A DNA stretch of 64,000 nt from Eledone cirrhosa. Its lineage: Eukaryota. The notes under the pieces are model-generated. The model had not been told where the DNA came from and made no database searches. It saw only the letters and a program-made list of their open reading frames with translations. Positions 14,288 to 26,575 of this stretch are shown one piece after another; position 1 is the first letter of the stretch, and every line of letters starts with the position of its first letter. The DNA lies in NCBI GenBank assembly GCA_964016885.1, contig OZ024752.1, positions 36,332,001 to 36,396,000 of the forward strand. Direction: 5' to 3'. The translations under genes were made by a program, and so were the position numbers.

Positions 14288-14469
14288 CGATTGTCGGCTG
14301 AAAAGTTCATAGTCTGACCAAAATACTCTCATGGAATGACCAAATGAGGTTTATCTTTCAACATAGTCCCTGGAAAGAAACAATGCAGTTATTAATAAGA
14401 AGAGTTGAAATTATTTTTAATGCATGCAAGATTTCATAGTCAGCCTATGAACTTTTCAGCCTACCCTCG
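14288..14469. mobile_element. Tc1/mariner-type MITE, second copy
   Basis: Same TIRs and internal sequence as 3296-3496, in reverse orientation. Confidence 0.8.
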
Positions 14470-17400
14470 AGGTGGTGTTGTTGTGTTATCGGAGTTCCAA
14501 CGAATTAAAAGAAGTTTAAAAATATAAGGAAAAGAAATTTTGCTTTTAATATAATATTCTTTATTTCGTAACATAAACATAGCAGCCGATGGCAACTTCT
14601 TTTTCCATCTTTTAAGGGTCTTCGCTCTATTTTATAAGCTATTTTTATAGCATCTATGCGTTTGAGCACATCATCTTTTATACATATATATATGATGCTT
14701 ACACTCTACTAATGTATTGAGTACCTTTTTCGGAAGGGGGAGGGGTAACCACAGTTAACAAGGGTACTCAATATATTAGTAGAGTGGAAGCATGTTTATT
14801 TAATATAGAAATGGTTCCTACAGGACTAGAACTGTTTCATTCGTATAAAATCATCAGAAATATTTATTTATATATTCACAAGCGCTAAAAAGTAAGAAAA
14901 TTCGGCTTATTCTTTATAAACATTCATTTTTTTCATTTTGGATTTATTTACTAACAGATTATATATATATATATAATATATATATATATATATAAATACA
15001 TAGTATATATATTCAAATTAATTATAAATAAATAAAATATAAAGAAACGGTGAGTTTGTATCTAGTCGACGTTGTAAAAGCACGATTAGTTATCTCCCTT
15101 TACATGCTATAAACCCTTTCTTGTCCAATATAGTTTCTTCTCGTATCATTTCTTCTTGAAATTCTTCCTGTCCGTTACATATACACACGCACCTGCTGCA
15201 GATGAAATTTACCTATATACCTATCGAATTGAATTGATTTACTATTTTGCTTCAAAATGATGTAAATATTTCAACTATAATATTATTATTATTTAAATGT
15301 TTTACTTTACAGAAAAATATATATTTTGAAAGAAATACTCTTTTTCCTCCAGTGGTCATTCAATTCTGGACAGTTTTTTTGTCCATTTAATTATGTGAGA
15401 GACAATGATATACATTCGTTAAAGATTTGAGGAAACTGTACTGATCGTTAAATTTTAGATAATTTTAGTCTATAATTTAACGATTGAGAGACAATGACAG
15501 CGTTCGTTTTCCATCAATTTATTATCATTATTTTTATTCGTTTTTGTTTTTGATTCCGAGTTCCTTAACCGTTGATTATTTAGCGATCTTTCAAATTCAT
15601 CTTTCAGCATAAAATACTATATATTATTTATTGTTATAGAAGCTAAAATATGTTTACGTTTAGTTTAAAAGATAAATATTTCCTTAATTAGACAAATAAA
15701 AAAAAAAATAAAAAAATACTGCGAAGAGAAAATATCTATTTTATCAGATATTCTTTTTTAAAGTTTACAAGTTCAAAGTTAATTTTTATCTTCTAGGGAG
15801 TCTCCACGGCCAAATGGCTTTTAAAAAAAAGGCAAATTAGATATTGTGGATGTCCGAGATATTCAATATGCGTAATGTGTGAGTAGGGAGAGGAGGAATG
15901 GTCATGGATGGAATACATTCATTATAAGTCTGCTCGATCAGAGTTGACCAACGACTAAACAACAACAGCTCCAGAATGTTATCGGAGAGTCAACAAAGAA
16001 ACCCTTTATATGGTCACTTAGACCTGCTAGTAATACACGTAAAAAAAGAACACATGGATGAGATAGTTCTGATTTATATATTAACAATTTTACGTTCATT
16101 TTCTATGCTGACTTGGCTTAGACAGCTTGTCCAGTTACGAGATCAGACCAGTCAGATGACCACCACTTACTCATACGTATCATTTTGGCGTAGTTTCTAC
16201 AGCTGGATGTCCTTCCTAACGCCAACCACCTTACAGCATGTACTTGGGTGCATTTTATCGTTTTACGTCCATTTGCTATGTTGATATGGCTTAGATAGAT
16301 GACCACCTCTTACTCATACATTCCATTTTGGCGTAGTTTCTACAGATGGATGTCCTTCCTAATGCCAACTATCTTATAGCGTGTACCTAGCGCATTTTAT
16401 CGTGGTACCAGCACTAGCATTTTACAGAATGAACTCTGCATATTTTCTAACATAGTAGGCACAGGCTCCCAAAATATGTGTTGACATATAAGTGGACTAA
16501 ACCAACCCAGTACTTCACTGGTACTTTATTTAGTTGACTCTGGAATGATGAGAGACAAAGTTGACTCTAATGGTATTGAACTCTTTTTTATTGTAGCCCC
16601 AGCACTATCAACATAGAGTGGACTGGGTGCTTTTTATCATAGCACCCGAACTACCATTTTACAGAGTGGGCTGGATTCTTTTTATTGTGGCACCAGAACT
16701 ACCACCTTTCAGAGTGGACTGGGTGCTTTTTATTGTGGCACCAGCACTACCTCATTACAACACTAGGGTGCTCATATCCTTGGCCAGGTTGGGGTGGCTG
16801 TGATGGGAGTGATGTTATAAGATAAAAGATGGGGGAAAGCTAAAGGGTGCTTTAAGGGAAAGGGTCATCCCACTGGGAAGTGTCAAGTCATGGAGGTGGA
16901 CTCAAAGGGAGTGAGCTATGTAAGGCAGAATATTGTGGAGTATATTTATTTTATGGTTATACCAAATAAAATAGTGGAGGTGTGTGGCCTAGTGGTAAGG
17001 GTGTTGGACTTATGATCATAATGTTGTGGGTTTGATTGCTGAACTGGGTTGTGTGTTGTGTTCTTGATTTCATGCTGCTCCACTCAGCTGAAAATGAGTA
17101 TCAGCAGTATCTGGGGGTTTAATAATAATAATAATAATGAAATTATTGTGTACAGTGCTCAGGTGCACTACAACTCATCAAAGGTGCATGTATAGTACAT
17201 AGAATAATGTACAAATGTCAGGAAAATAAACAGTGTATGAGTCATGATATAATAACAATAACGAAATATTGTGCACAGTGCCCAGGTGTTTAACCCTTGA
17301 TTGACTGGTATCCTGTCCAGGGGGGAGTCTTGTACTCTCAGTTGCCACAGAAACTGGGGATGAGCTTCCGGGCTTGAAACAGTCTTTAGACTTAGAAAAT

Positions 17401-19302
17401 ATCATTCCTGGTTTAAAAATTATACAATTACCTATCATCATCATTTATTGTCCGTTTAAGAAACCATTTTTCTGTCTGCTCTGCTAATCTTACATGTTTG
17501 CCTTGACTTATAAACCAAACATACTAAGCTCTTTCTCTGTACCAGTTCAAGTATTAATTAAATATCTAATATTTTTATTGTTTGTTACTATTCAGCACAG
17601 GTGACAAATTGGCAGAGTTGTTAGAATGTCGGCGAGAATGCTTTGCGATATTCAATTCAACTCTCTGCTTTCTGAGTTCAAATCCATCCAAGGTTAACTT
17701 TGCTTTTCATCCATTCAAAGTTGCTAAAATAGTACCGGTCTGGTACTGGGGTCAATTCTTACTCTATATCTCTTTCTCATTTTCTATCCTTCTCTGGAAG
17801 AAATCTGCTATGTTCAGAACTGGAGAGGGGATGGGTTCAACCAGACTTAAAATGCCTAGAAATGCCCTTACAATTCCACCAGCAGTTACAGGATCGAAGA
17901 CATGACAACTTCTTTGCACTCAATATTACTGTACGTACGTGGGATACAGACCCCTTGGCATGTCTGGGGAGGGGGGGGGGGTCAGTAGCCCCGCTTCAGT
18001 ACTGACTTGGTCTATGTAGACCCATCCAACCCTTGCTACCAGGGAAGGTGGACAATAAATGATGATGAAGAATATCGTATTTGATATAACTAAAAAAAAA
18101 ATAAATAAATTAGTTGTATTCTACAGAATATTAGTACTTTAGTTGAGCACATGGATATTTGTTAGTTTTGTGCATCGTAAACAGCTTGGATGCATGTACC
18201 ATTAGAAATACAGTTCAGACAGTTTTGGTTACAGTAAAAACATCTTTAAATGACGTTATTGTGAGAATGTAACTAATGTTTGTTTTTTTAGAGAACTTGC
18301 TGTTTACTCACTGTGTGTAAGATTGGTGTCTTTTTAGTGATACACACAAGATGGTTGTCATGAATATTATTCAGAATGAGATTCTTATTTACTGAACTGT
18401 AATAAAATATCTGGTATTTTTTTTTATTGCTTTATAAAGATTCTAAAATAAATATTTTATAATCTGTAACCATTTTAACAACTCTTTCAGTACCATATTT
18501 ATAATGAAATACACTCTATTGCAATTAATTAATGAAGAATTTTGCAGGATTGACTAAAAATATTTATTCTTTCATGTCAAATTATCATCATCATCACCGT
18601 TTAAGGTCTATTTTCCATGCTTGCATGGGTTAAATGGCTGTCATGTACTGAAGCGAAACTGGTCAGGTGACTAAGTCTTGCTCCTGTGCTTTGTTTTAGT
18701 TTCGTTTCTATGACTGGATGCTCTTTCTAATGCTAATCACTTTACAGCTTACTTGATTGTATCATTAAGAAATGACCAAAACTGTACCAATTCTTTTTGA
18801 CTAGCTAGCTATGTATCATCATTATTGTTTAATGGCCATATTCCATGCTTGCATGGGTTAGACAGGTCGTCCCATTTGAGGCAAGTTGGGTCAGGTGATC
18901 GTGTCTTACTCATATAGAACTGTTTCCTTGCTAGGTTTCTACGGTTGGATGCCCTTCCTAATACCAACCACATTTACAGTGCGTGTTGGATGCTTATATA
19001 TATATATTTAAATAATTTTGAAAACCAAACAATGCAATAGAAAGAAAATTAAAATTGCTAAAAGAATCTTACCTTAGCAAATTCAATAATCCCAAATATT
19101 TTTGGGTTTAACTTAAATCTGCCTTCCAAACAAGTCAACTCCGATCGATCGTTTAAGTCTCTCATAGGGATACTCCCTAAGATAAGATTCTTTTATTATC
19201 TTAGCAATTTTAATTTTCTTTCTATTGCATTGTTTGGTTTTCAAAATTATTTAAATTTGTGTTTCCTATTCAACAAGGCTTCAAGCAAACTACAACACGC
19301 TG

Positions 19303-19356
<54 letters not shown>

Positions 19357-19489
19357 GAGTTAAACAAGATTCAATGAGTACATCAAAGAATGAGTTTTAC
19401 AGTAGATTGGAAGCACTCTACAGAAAAATAGGAGTTATTAATATTAAAATACAAATATTAATAAAATAAATGTTCTTTTGATCAATTAA

Positions 19490-19542
19490 ATTTTATTATA
19501 CATATTTCAGAGGTACAACAGTACGTCCTCATCAGACAAAAT
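19490..19542 (-). ncRNA. Minimal hammerhead ribozyme motif, identical inverted copy
   Basis: Exact reverse complement of 19645-19697 on the left arm of the fold-back. Confidence 0.72.
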
Positions 19543-19644
19543 ATAATGATAATGACATACCCTGAGATGTTAAGATTAAATCGGTTAATTGGTTAAGATT
19601 AAATCTTAACCAATTAACATCTCAGGGTATGTCATTATCATTAT

Positions 19645-19697
19645 ATTTTGTCTGATGAGGACGTACTGTTGTACCTCTGAAATATGTATAATAAAAT
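19645..19697 (+). ncRNA. Minimal type I hammerhead ribozyme motif (Penelope-like pLTR type)
   Basis: Stem I attttgt/ataaaat; CTGATGA 19652-19658; stem II ggacgtac-tgtt-gtacctct (one mismatch, G-U closing pair); GAAA 19679-19682; self-complementary stem III tatgta; UH = TA, predicted cleavage after 19690. Confidence 0.75.
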
Positions 19698-19737
19698 TTA
19701 ATTGATCAAAAGAACATCTATTTTATTAATATTTGCA

Positions 19738-19775
<38 letters not shown>

Positions 19776-20865
19776 GCTCTGTTCATTTATCAGATCACCT
19801 CTCTTCTCTTATTTCTCTATTATAGAGCTTTATCTTTCTTCTTTCATCTCTCTCCTCTCTCACTCACACTATCTTTTCCTCTCTCTCTCTGCTTTCCATC
19901 CTTCCATAAATTTAACTATCTTTCTGCATGACTGCTTCTCTCCCAAGTTATCAATATACTCTTTCCCTCTCTCTAATACTGTTTTTGTCTCTCTTTCATC
20001 TCTCAGTACAGCTACTGGTTTCTATTTCCATTATGTCAGAAACCAACCAACCCCCCAAAAAACTCGACATTTTATATATTAAGATTTTTCCTGTTTTTCC
20101 ATTAAAATCAACGTTTGGCTTACTGTCAATGGACTACATTAGCATGTTATTTATATATTTCTTCTTGGCCCACTTATTCCTGGGAAGGTCATGGGGGCAG
20201 AGTCCTCAAACATACCTTCTAGCGGGTCCTGTCAGAAGCAACTGTTTCCAATCGATCCGGCTGGATCCCCAAATAAGACCAGTCGAGCCCATGGATGTTA
20301 TCCAACAATCTTGCTCAAGGTCTACCCCCTGGATTCCTGTCGGTTAGTTTTGCCTTTAAAACTGTCCAGTGATTCTTTCCTGAGACATTCTTAACCTCAT
20401 TTTATATATTAAGATTTTTCCTTTTTTTCCCCATTATAATCAACTTTTGGCTTGCTGTCAATGGAATATGGTAGAATGTTATCATTACATTTGAACAACA
20501 TAATTCTATTCACTTGTTTTTCTATACTGGACTTAGCAGTTCATATACTTTGATACTTGAATTGGCAGTCGTTAGAACGTCAGATAAAATAGTTTGTGGT
20601 ATTCTTCGGTTCTCTGTTTGTATAAAGATAAAGTGAAAATTATATGGTGCATGTGTTTCTTTTTATTGGCAATATTGGCAACATGACTCTCTCCCCCTAC
20701 CCAAATATAACAATATCTGTTTCAACACATGATTTCACATCAAGAATCTTACAAAACAAATATATAAACATAATGTAATAAAACATTTCATGTGATTTAT
20801 CTTTGATATTTGTTGTCATTTGTAGTTTTTTTTGTTTTTTTTTTCTTGATAGTGATTTGAACAAT

Positions 20866-21021
20866 ATGACAGAGAAAACTTTGGTCAACCGCCTGGAGGG
20901 ATTTATAGAAAAGGCCAATACAGTGAAAGGTGATGAAGCTGTGAAACTTATACAACAAGTTTTAGATCACCCTGGGATATTTGTATTTGGAGAACTCCTT
21001 GATTCACCCAACATCCAACAG
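20866..21021 (+). CDS. COPS7: COP9 signalosome subunit 7, coding exon 1
   Basis: Acceptor ttttcttgatAG (20852), ATG 20866. MTEKTLVNRLEGFIEKANTVKGDEAVKLIQQVLDHPGIFVFGELLDSPNIQQ matches the CSN7 N-terminus (LI.QVL..PG..VFGELL..PN). Donor GT at 21022, phase 0. Confidence 0.95.
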
Positions 21022-21229
21022 GTAAAACTTTAACACTTTAGTTATATTTCAAATGAAAAAAAAAGCTGCTTATGATTTTCAAATTATTTTGAAATGAATC
21101 AAGAATTTGGAGGAATTTAGTAACATAACTAACTTTCTCATTATCAAGCTGGAGTGTTGATAAAATAAAGTACTAGTAATGTACTGGGGTCAATTTAATC
21201 AACTTTCCCTCTCCCCCAAAATTGTTGAA

Positions 21230-21740
21230 CAAGTCAGATCAGGTGACCATGTCTTGCTCTTACAAGACTGTTTCTGGCTTGGTTTCTACAGCTGGATACC
21301 CTTCCTAACTCCAACCACTTTACAGTGTGGACTGGATGTTTTTCATCACCAGCATAACCACCTTACAGGGTGGACCGGGTGTTTTTTATTCGTGTCACCA
21401 ACGTGATCACCTTACAGGGTGGGCTGGGTGCTTTTTGTTGTGTCATCAACACAACCACTTTACAGTATGGACTGTGTACTTTTTCAATATGTCACCAACA
21501 TGACCACCTTATAGGGTGGGCTGGGTATTTGTTGTGTCACCAACACAACCACTTTACAGTATGGACCGTGTACTTTTTCAATATGTCACCAACATGACCA
21601 CCTTATAGGGTGGGCTGGGCGTTTGTTGTGTCACCAACACAACCACTTTACAGGGTAGGCTGGGTGCTTTTCATCATGTCACCAACACAAACACCTTACA
21701 GGGTGGACCAGATGCTTTTTGTTGTGACACCAACATTTGT
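21230..21740. repeat. SINE with a degenerate array of ~44-46 bp modules (COPS7 intron)
   Basis: Repeated accactttacag(t/g)gtgg(a/g)ctgggtg..ttttt..tgtcaccaacac. Similar arrays at 12230-12420, 16600-16750, 22590-22970 and 31690-31970. Confidence 0.8.
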
Positions 21741-21847
21741 GTTTACTTATTTTGAAGATATGATACCACCCTCCCAATCTGTAAATGTTATTTAGCTCAG
21801 TATCATATGACTAACTAAATGAATTTATATATTTTTCTTCCTCACAG

Positions 21848-21926
21848 CTGGAACATGACGAACAAACAGCCCCTTATTTTAGACTCTTTAATCTTTTTGC
21901 TTATGGAACATATAATGATTACAAAG
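21848..21926 (+). CDS. COPS7: COPS7 coding exon 2
   Basis: ctcacAG / GTgagg; LEHDEQTAPYFRLFNLFAYGTYNDYK (CSN7 L.LFAYGTY.DY motif); phase 0 to 1. Confidence 0.95.
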
Positions 21927-22291
21927 GTGAGGTTTTATAATGTTGTTATACTTAAAATTATGATAAATTTTTCTCAGGTTTTAACACTTCTCTTGCCATT
22001 TATTCCTAGAGGTGGGGTCATGGGGTAGAGTCCTCAAGTACTCGTTCCAGTGAGTGGGTCCTCTCAGAACCAACGGTCTGGCGAGGTTAACCTTGTAATG
22101 GACTGACATTCTGTCCAGGAGGGGAGTCTTGTACTCATCAGTTACTTAACACCAATTATTCAAGGATAACCACCATCAGCCTGTGATGAGCCTCTGGTCT
22201 TGAGACATAACTTAACTATTATCTTAACCTTAACTACTAGTTAATTATTATTTCTTGACATTGATTATGTTTTGTTTGTTTATTTTTTCAG

Positions 22292-22380
22292 AACAAAAAG
22301 ATAAACTACCAGAAATAACAAATTTTCAATTGCTTAAATTACGACATCTCACACTGGTTTCTATAGCAACTAAACAGAAA
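22292..22380 (+). CDS. COPS7: COPS7 coding exon 3
   Basis: ttttcAG / GTaagt; EQKDKLPEITNFQLLKLRHLTLVSIATKQK; phase 1 to 0. Confidence 0.95.
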
Positions 22381-23129
22381 GTAAGTCTAAGTTATCAAGA
22401 TTTGCCAAATTTTCAATATTACTACTTTGTTAGATGACCACACTAGCAAGGGTTGGATGGGTTGATAATTTCTGAGACTAGATGAGTCAGATGACCACAT
22501 CTTGTTCATACATTCTATATCTGACAAGCAGGATTCTGTGGCAGTATGCCTTTCTTAATGCTACCCAGTTCACAGTGTGTACTGTGGTCATTGTTTTATC
22601 ATAGCAACAGCACTCTCATTTTACAGGGTGGGCTGGATACATTTTATCATGGCACCAGCACTATCATTTTACAGAGTGTACTTGGTAGTACATTTTATAG
22701 CACCAGCACTACCACTTTACAGCATGGACTAGATGCATTTTATCAAGACACCAGCAATACCACTTTACAGCGTGGACTAAGTGCATTTTATCATAACACC
22801 AGCACTATCACTTTAAGGAGTGTACTGGATACATTTTATAGCTCAGACACTACCACTTATAGGGAGGGGTGGATACATTTTATCATAGCACCAACACTAC
22901 CATTTTACAGGGTGGGCTGAGTACATCTTATCAAAGCACTTTATTATAGCATCAGCACTGCCACTTTACGATTTAATTGACTTTCCTCTCCCCCAAAATG
23001 ATTGGCCTTGTGTCTGAATCAGAAGCCATTATTTCAGCAAATGTTTATAGGGGGTAAATGTTTATATTAAAAGATATGTGTAGTTACATTTATGGGTAAA
23101 ACAATTTAAATTGTTTCATTTTATTTCAG

Positions 23130-23189
23130 TGCATTCCATATACTCTGTTATCAAAGGAATTAGACCTTCCTAATTTAAGAGACTTGGAG
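23130..23189 (+). CDS. COPS7: COPS7 coding exon 4
   Basis: tttcAG / GTaaga; CIPYTLLSKELDLPNLRDLE (PCI domain); phase 0 to 0. Confidence 0.95.
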
Positions 23190-24089
23190 GTAAGATTAAT
23201 TTAGTTTTCTTTCTTTACATCTTAGTATTGGGATCACCAAACTTTTTAGACCATTGACCCTGTTCGTGGAATCAGACCAATGGAAACATTGTTTCCTGTA
23301 TCTGATTTGACTAGTTCCACCCTACTCAGTAAGCGACTGAGTCTGGGATCTTGTTGATCATCATCATCGTACAACGTCCATTTTCCACGCTAGGATGGGT
23401 TGGACAGGTTTGTCCCACTTGAGGCAAGATTGGTCAGGTGACTGTGTCTCGCTTGTACAGAACTGTTTCTAGCAAGTTTTCTATAGCTGGATGCCCTTCC
23501 TAACACCAAGCACATTTACAGTGTGGACTGGGAGCCTTTTTACCGTGCCTCCTATACAACCACTTTACAGTGTGGACTGTGTGCTTTTTGACCAAATATG
23601 TATATGTATGTATGTGTGTATGTATGTATATATATATGTATGTGTATGTATGTGTGTGCATGTATATATATATATATATGTATGTGTGTGCATATATGTG
23701 TATATATATATTTATATATATATTTGTGTGTGTATATATAAATGTATGTGTGTCTTGTGCATCATCATCATCATGAACATCACCGTTTAACATCCATGTT
23801 TTCAAGCCAGTATGGGTTAAAACGAGTTGTAAGACAAGCCAGATCAGATGACCATGTCTTGCTGAGTTCAAATCCTGCCATGGTCAACTTTGCCTCTCAT
23901 TCTTTTGGGGGTCGATAAATAAAGTACCAGTGAATTACTGGGATAGGTTGATTCAACTTTGCCCTACCCCAACATTTGCTGGTCTTGTCCATCATCAGCA
24001 TCATGAACATCCCTGTTTAACATGCATTTTTTTCACACATGGATGGGTTAGACAAGTTTGAGACAAGCCAAATCAAATGACCATGTCTT

Positions 24090-24433
24090 TCATCATCATC
24101 ATCATTTCATTTTACGTCCGCTTTTCCCTGCTTGCAAGGGTGGGACGGGAACTGATTCTGGCTTGATTTCTACAGCTGGATGCCCTTCCTAACACCAACC
24201 TCATTTACAGTGAGTGTTGGGTGATTTTTTGCCGTGGCACCTCCACGACCACTTTGCAGTGGAATGATAGAGACCCCAGTCCCTATCATCTCATTTCTAC
24301 AGCTGAGTAAACTGGAGCAATGTGAAATAAAGTGTCTTGCTCAAGGAAACAACACATCACCCGGTCTGAGAATTGAACTCACAACCTTTCGATTGCAAGG
24401 CCAATGCTCTAACCACTAAGCCATGTGCCTCCA
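24090..24433 (-). mobile_element. Young tRNA-derived SINE, family B
   Basis: Near-identical to the reverse complement of 39221-39565; (CAT)n tail. Confidence 0.9.
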
Positions 24434-24625
24434 TCTTTCTGAGTTCAAATCCTGCCGAGGCCAACTTTGCCTCTCATCCTTCCGGGGTCAATAAATAAAG
24501 TACCAGTGGATTACTGGGGTTGGTATATTCAACTTTGCCCTTCTTCTAAATGTGCTGGCCATGATCCTAAATTAGAAATTAATATTACTTGGTTATTTAT
24601 TAATAATGTATTTCTTTAATTTCAG

Positions 24626-24768
24626 GACTTAATTATTGAAGCTATTTATGCTGGCATCATAAAAGGAAAGTTAGATCAAAAAAATAAACAACTTGAAGTA
24701 GATTATGCTATTGGTCGAGATATTCGTTCTGAGGCTATCCCAGAAATTATTTCTGTTTTACAAGAATG
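24626..24768 (+). CDS. COPS7: COPS7 coding exon 5
   Basis: tttcAG / GTatga; [48 protein letters not shown] (PCI winged helix); phase 0 to 2. Confidence 0.95.
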
Positions 24769-24795
24769 GTATGATTTTATCGGTTTATATATTTA

Positions 24796-24828
<33 letters not shown>

Positions 24829-26112
24829 GTTTTACATCCATTTCTCCATGCTGGTATGGGTTAGTCGAGTTGTCCTGTTATGGGCAATGTTAGGTCTGGT
24901 GACCATGCCTTGCTCATACAGAACTGATTTTGGCTTGGTTTCTCCAGCTGGATGCCCTTCCTAATGCCAACCTCATTTCTAATATCATTTTAGCAAACAA
25001 TCTACAATAAAAAAAAAAAAAACGTATTTATCAGATATCATCATCATCATCAGGTTGAACTTACTCTAATTCTCAGTTAGAGTTAAATAATAATTTTTTT
25101 TCAGAATTGAAATAGAAATAGAAGCTCTGCTGTAACATTTTGACTAATATAGTCTAATAATGGGGCATATAAACCTACTGAGGTTGACTGGAATCTTACA
25201 AGATTAACCCTTTAGCATTCATATTACTCTATATTTACTATTGTATTTTCGCGGGTCCTGTCAGAAGCAACTGTTTCCTCACATAATATCGAATCTGTGA
25301 GATTTTGATATTATTTATTTTGAGAACAATACCTTAACATCAGTATGAGTGGCCGGTTACAACAGAAAGAGGTGAGATAATTCTGGCTGGATACGGGCGG
25401 TTTAAATGCTAAAGGGTTGAAGAGTACTCTCATTCCAAAGTTGTTACTGTGTATTCAATGTATGTGACCAAAATAGGAGATTATAAAAGAGAGTTACAAC
25501 AGAGGAAGTACCTGGATGAGTGGGTGATGGAGAGGAACATATGATAGGAAGTAAATGTTTGGGTTGAGAGGGTGGCAGAGTGAGAGTGTAATGAGAGAGA
25601 AGGTAGTGGAAGAGAGAAATTAATAAGGGGGAGTCATGGAAGAAGTAAGGAGGAGGAGGAGAAGTGAAGCATGGTAGAAACAGTGCATTGAAAGTATGTG
25701 TGTGGGCTAATGGAAGAGAGATGGCAGCACTAATGTACCATTTGATTAGGTGATTTAACTCTAGCATTTACATTACTCTATATTTACTATTATATTTATG
25801 GCTTTACCTCACATAATATCAAATCTATGAGAATTTGATATTATTTATTTTGAGAACAATACCTTAATATCAGTATGAGCAGCTGGTTATGGCCAGTTTG
25901 AATAGAAAGAGGTGAGAGAATTCTGGCCAGATGCAGCTGGTTTAAATGCTAAAGAGTTAATATAATTTCAAATTAGAAAAAACTGTGACAGCTGTGTGTA
26001 TCTGGTTAGAAGAGGTAAACTTTATCTCTGTATGTTACAGGTGTAACAGCTGTGATGCTGTGCTTTTTTTATTTACAGATATAACAGTTGTGAGTGCTTC
26101 TTTTATTTACAG

Positions 26113-26218
26113 GTGTAACAGTTGCGATGCTGTGTTGAAAGGAATTGAAACACAAATAGTCAAAGCCAACAAACTTAAGGAGAAGAAATTAAAGACAAAA
26201 CTCCAAATTGAAAATGAA
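26113..26218 (+). CDS. COPS7: COPS7 coding exon 6
   Basis: tttacAG / GTtagt; (W)CNSCDAVLKGIETQIVKANKLKEKKLKTKLQIENE (CSN7 C-terminal helix); phase 2 to 0. Confidence 0.92.
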
Positions 26219-26224
26219 GTTAGT

Positions 26225-26575
26225 ATTTCATTTCATTTCATTTCATTTCATTTCACGTCCGCTTTTTCCCTGCTTGCAAGGGTGGGACGAGAACTGATTC
26301 TGGCTTGATTTCTACAGCTGGATGCCCTTCCTAACACCAACCTCATTTACAGTGAGTGCTGGGTGCTTTTTTGTCGTGGCACCTCCACGACCACTATACA
26401 GTGGAATGATATGGACCCCAGTCCTTATCATCTCATTTCTACAGCTGAGTAAACTGGAGCAATGTGAAATAAAGTGTCTTGCTCAAAGAAACAACACATC
26501 ACCCGGTCTGAGAATTGAACTCACAACCTTTCGATTGCAAGGCCAATGCTCTAACCACTAAGCCATGTGCCTCCA
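26225..26575 (-). mobile_element. Young tRNA-derived SINE, family B
   Basis: Near-identical copy whose (TTTCA)n tail begins a few bases after the COPS7 exon 6 donor. Confidence 0.9.

Noticed and set aside
24234-24419. Recurring ORF ...FLQLSKLEQCEIKCLAQGNNTSPGLRIELTTFRLQGQCSNH (4 copies)
   Set aside because: Antisense translation of SINE family B.
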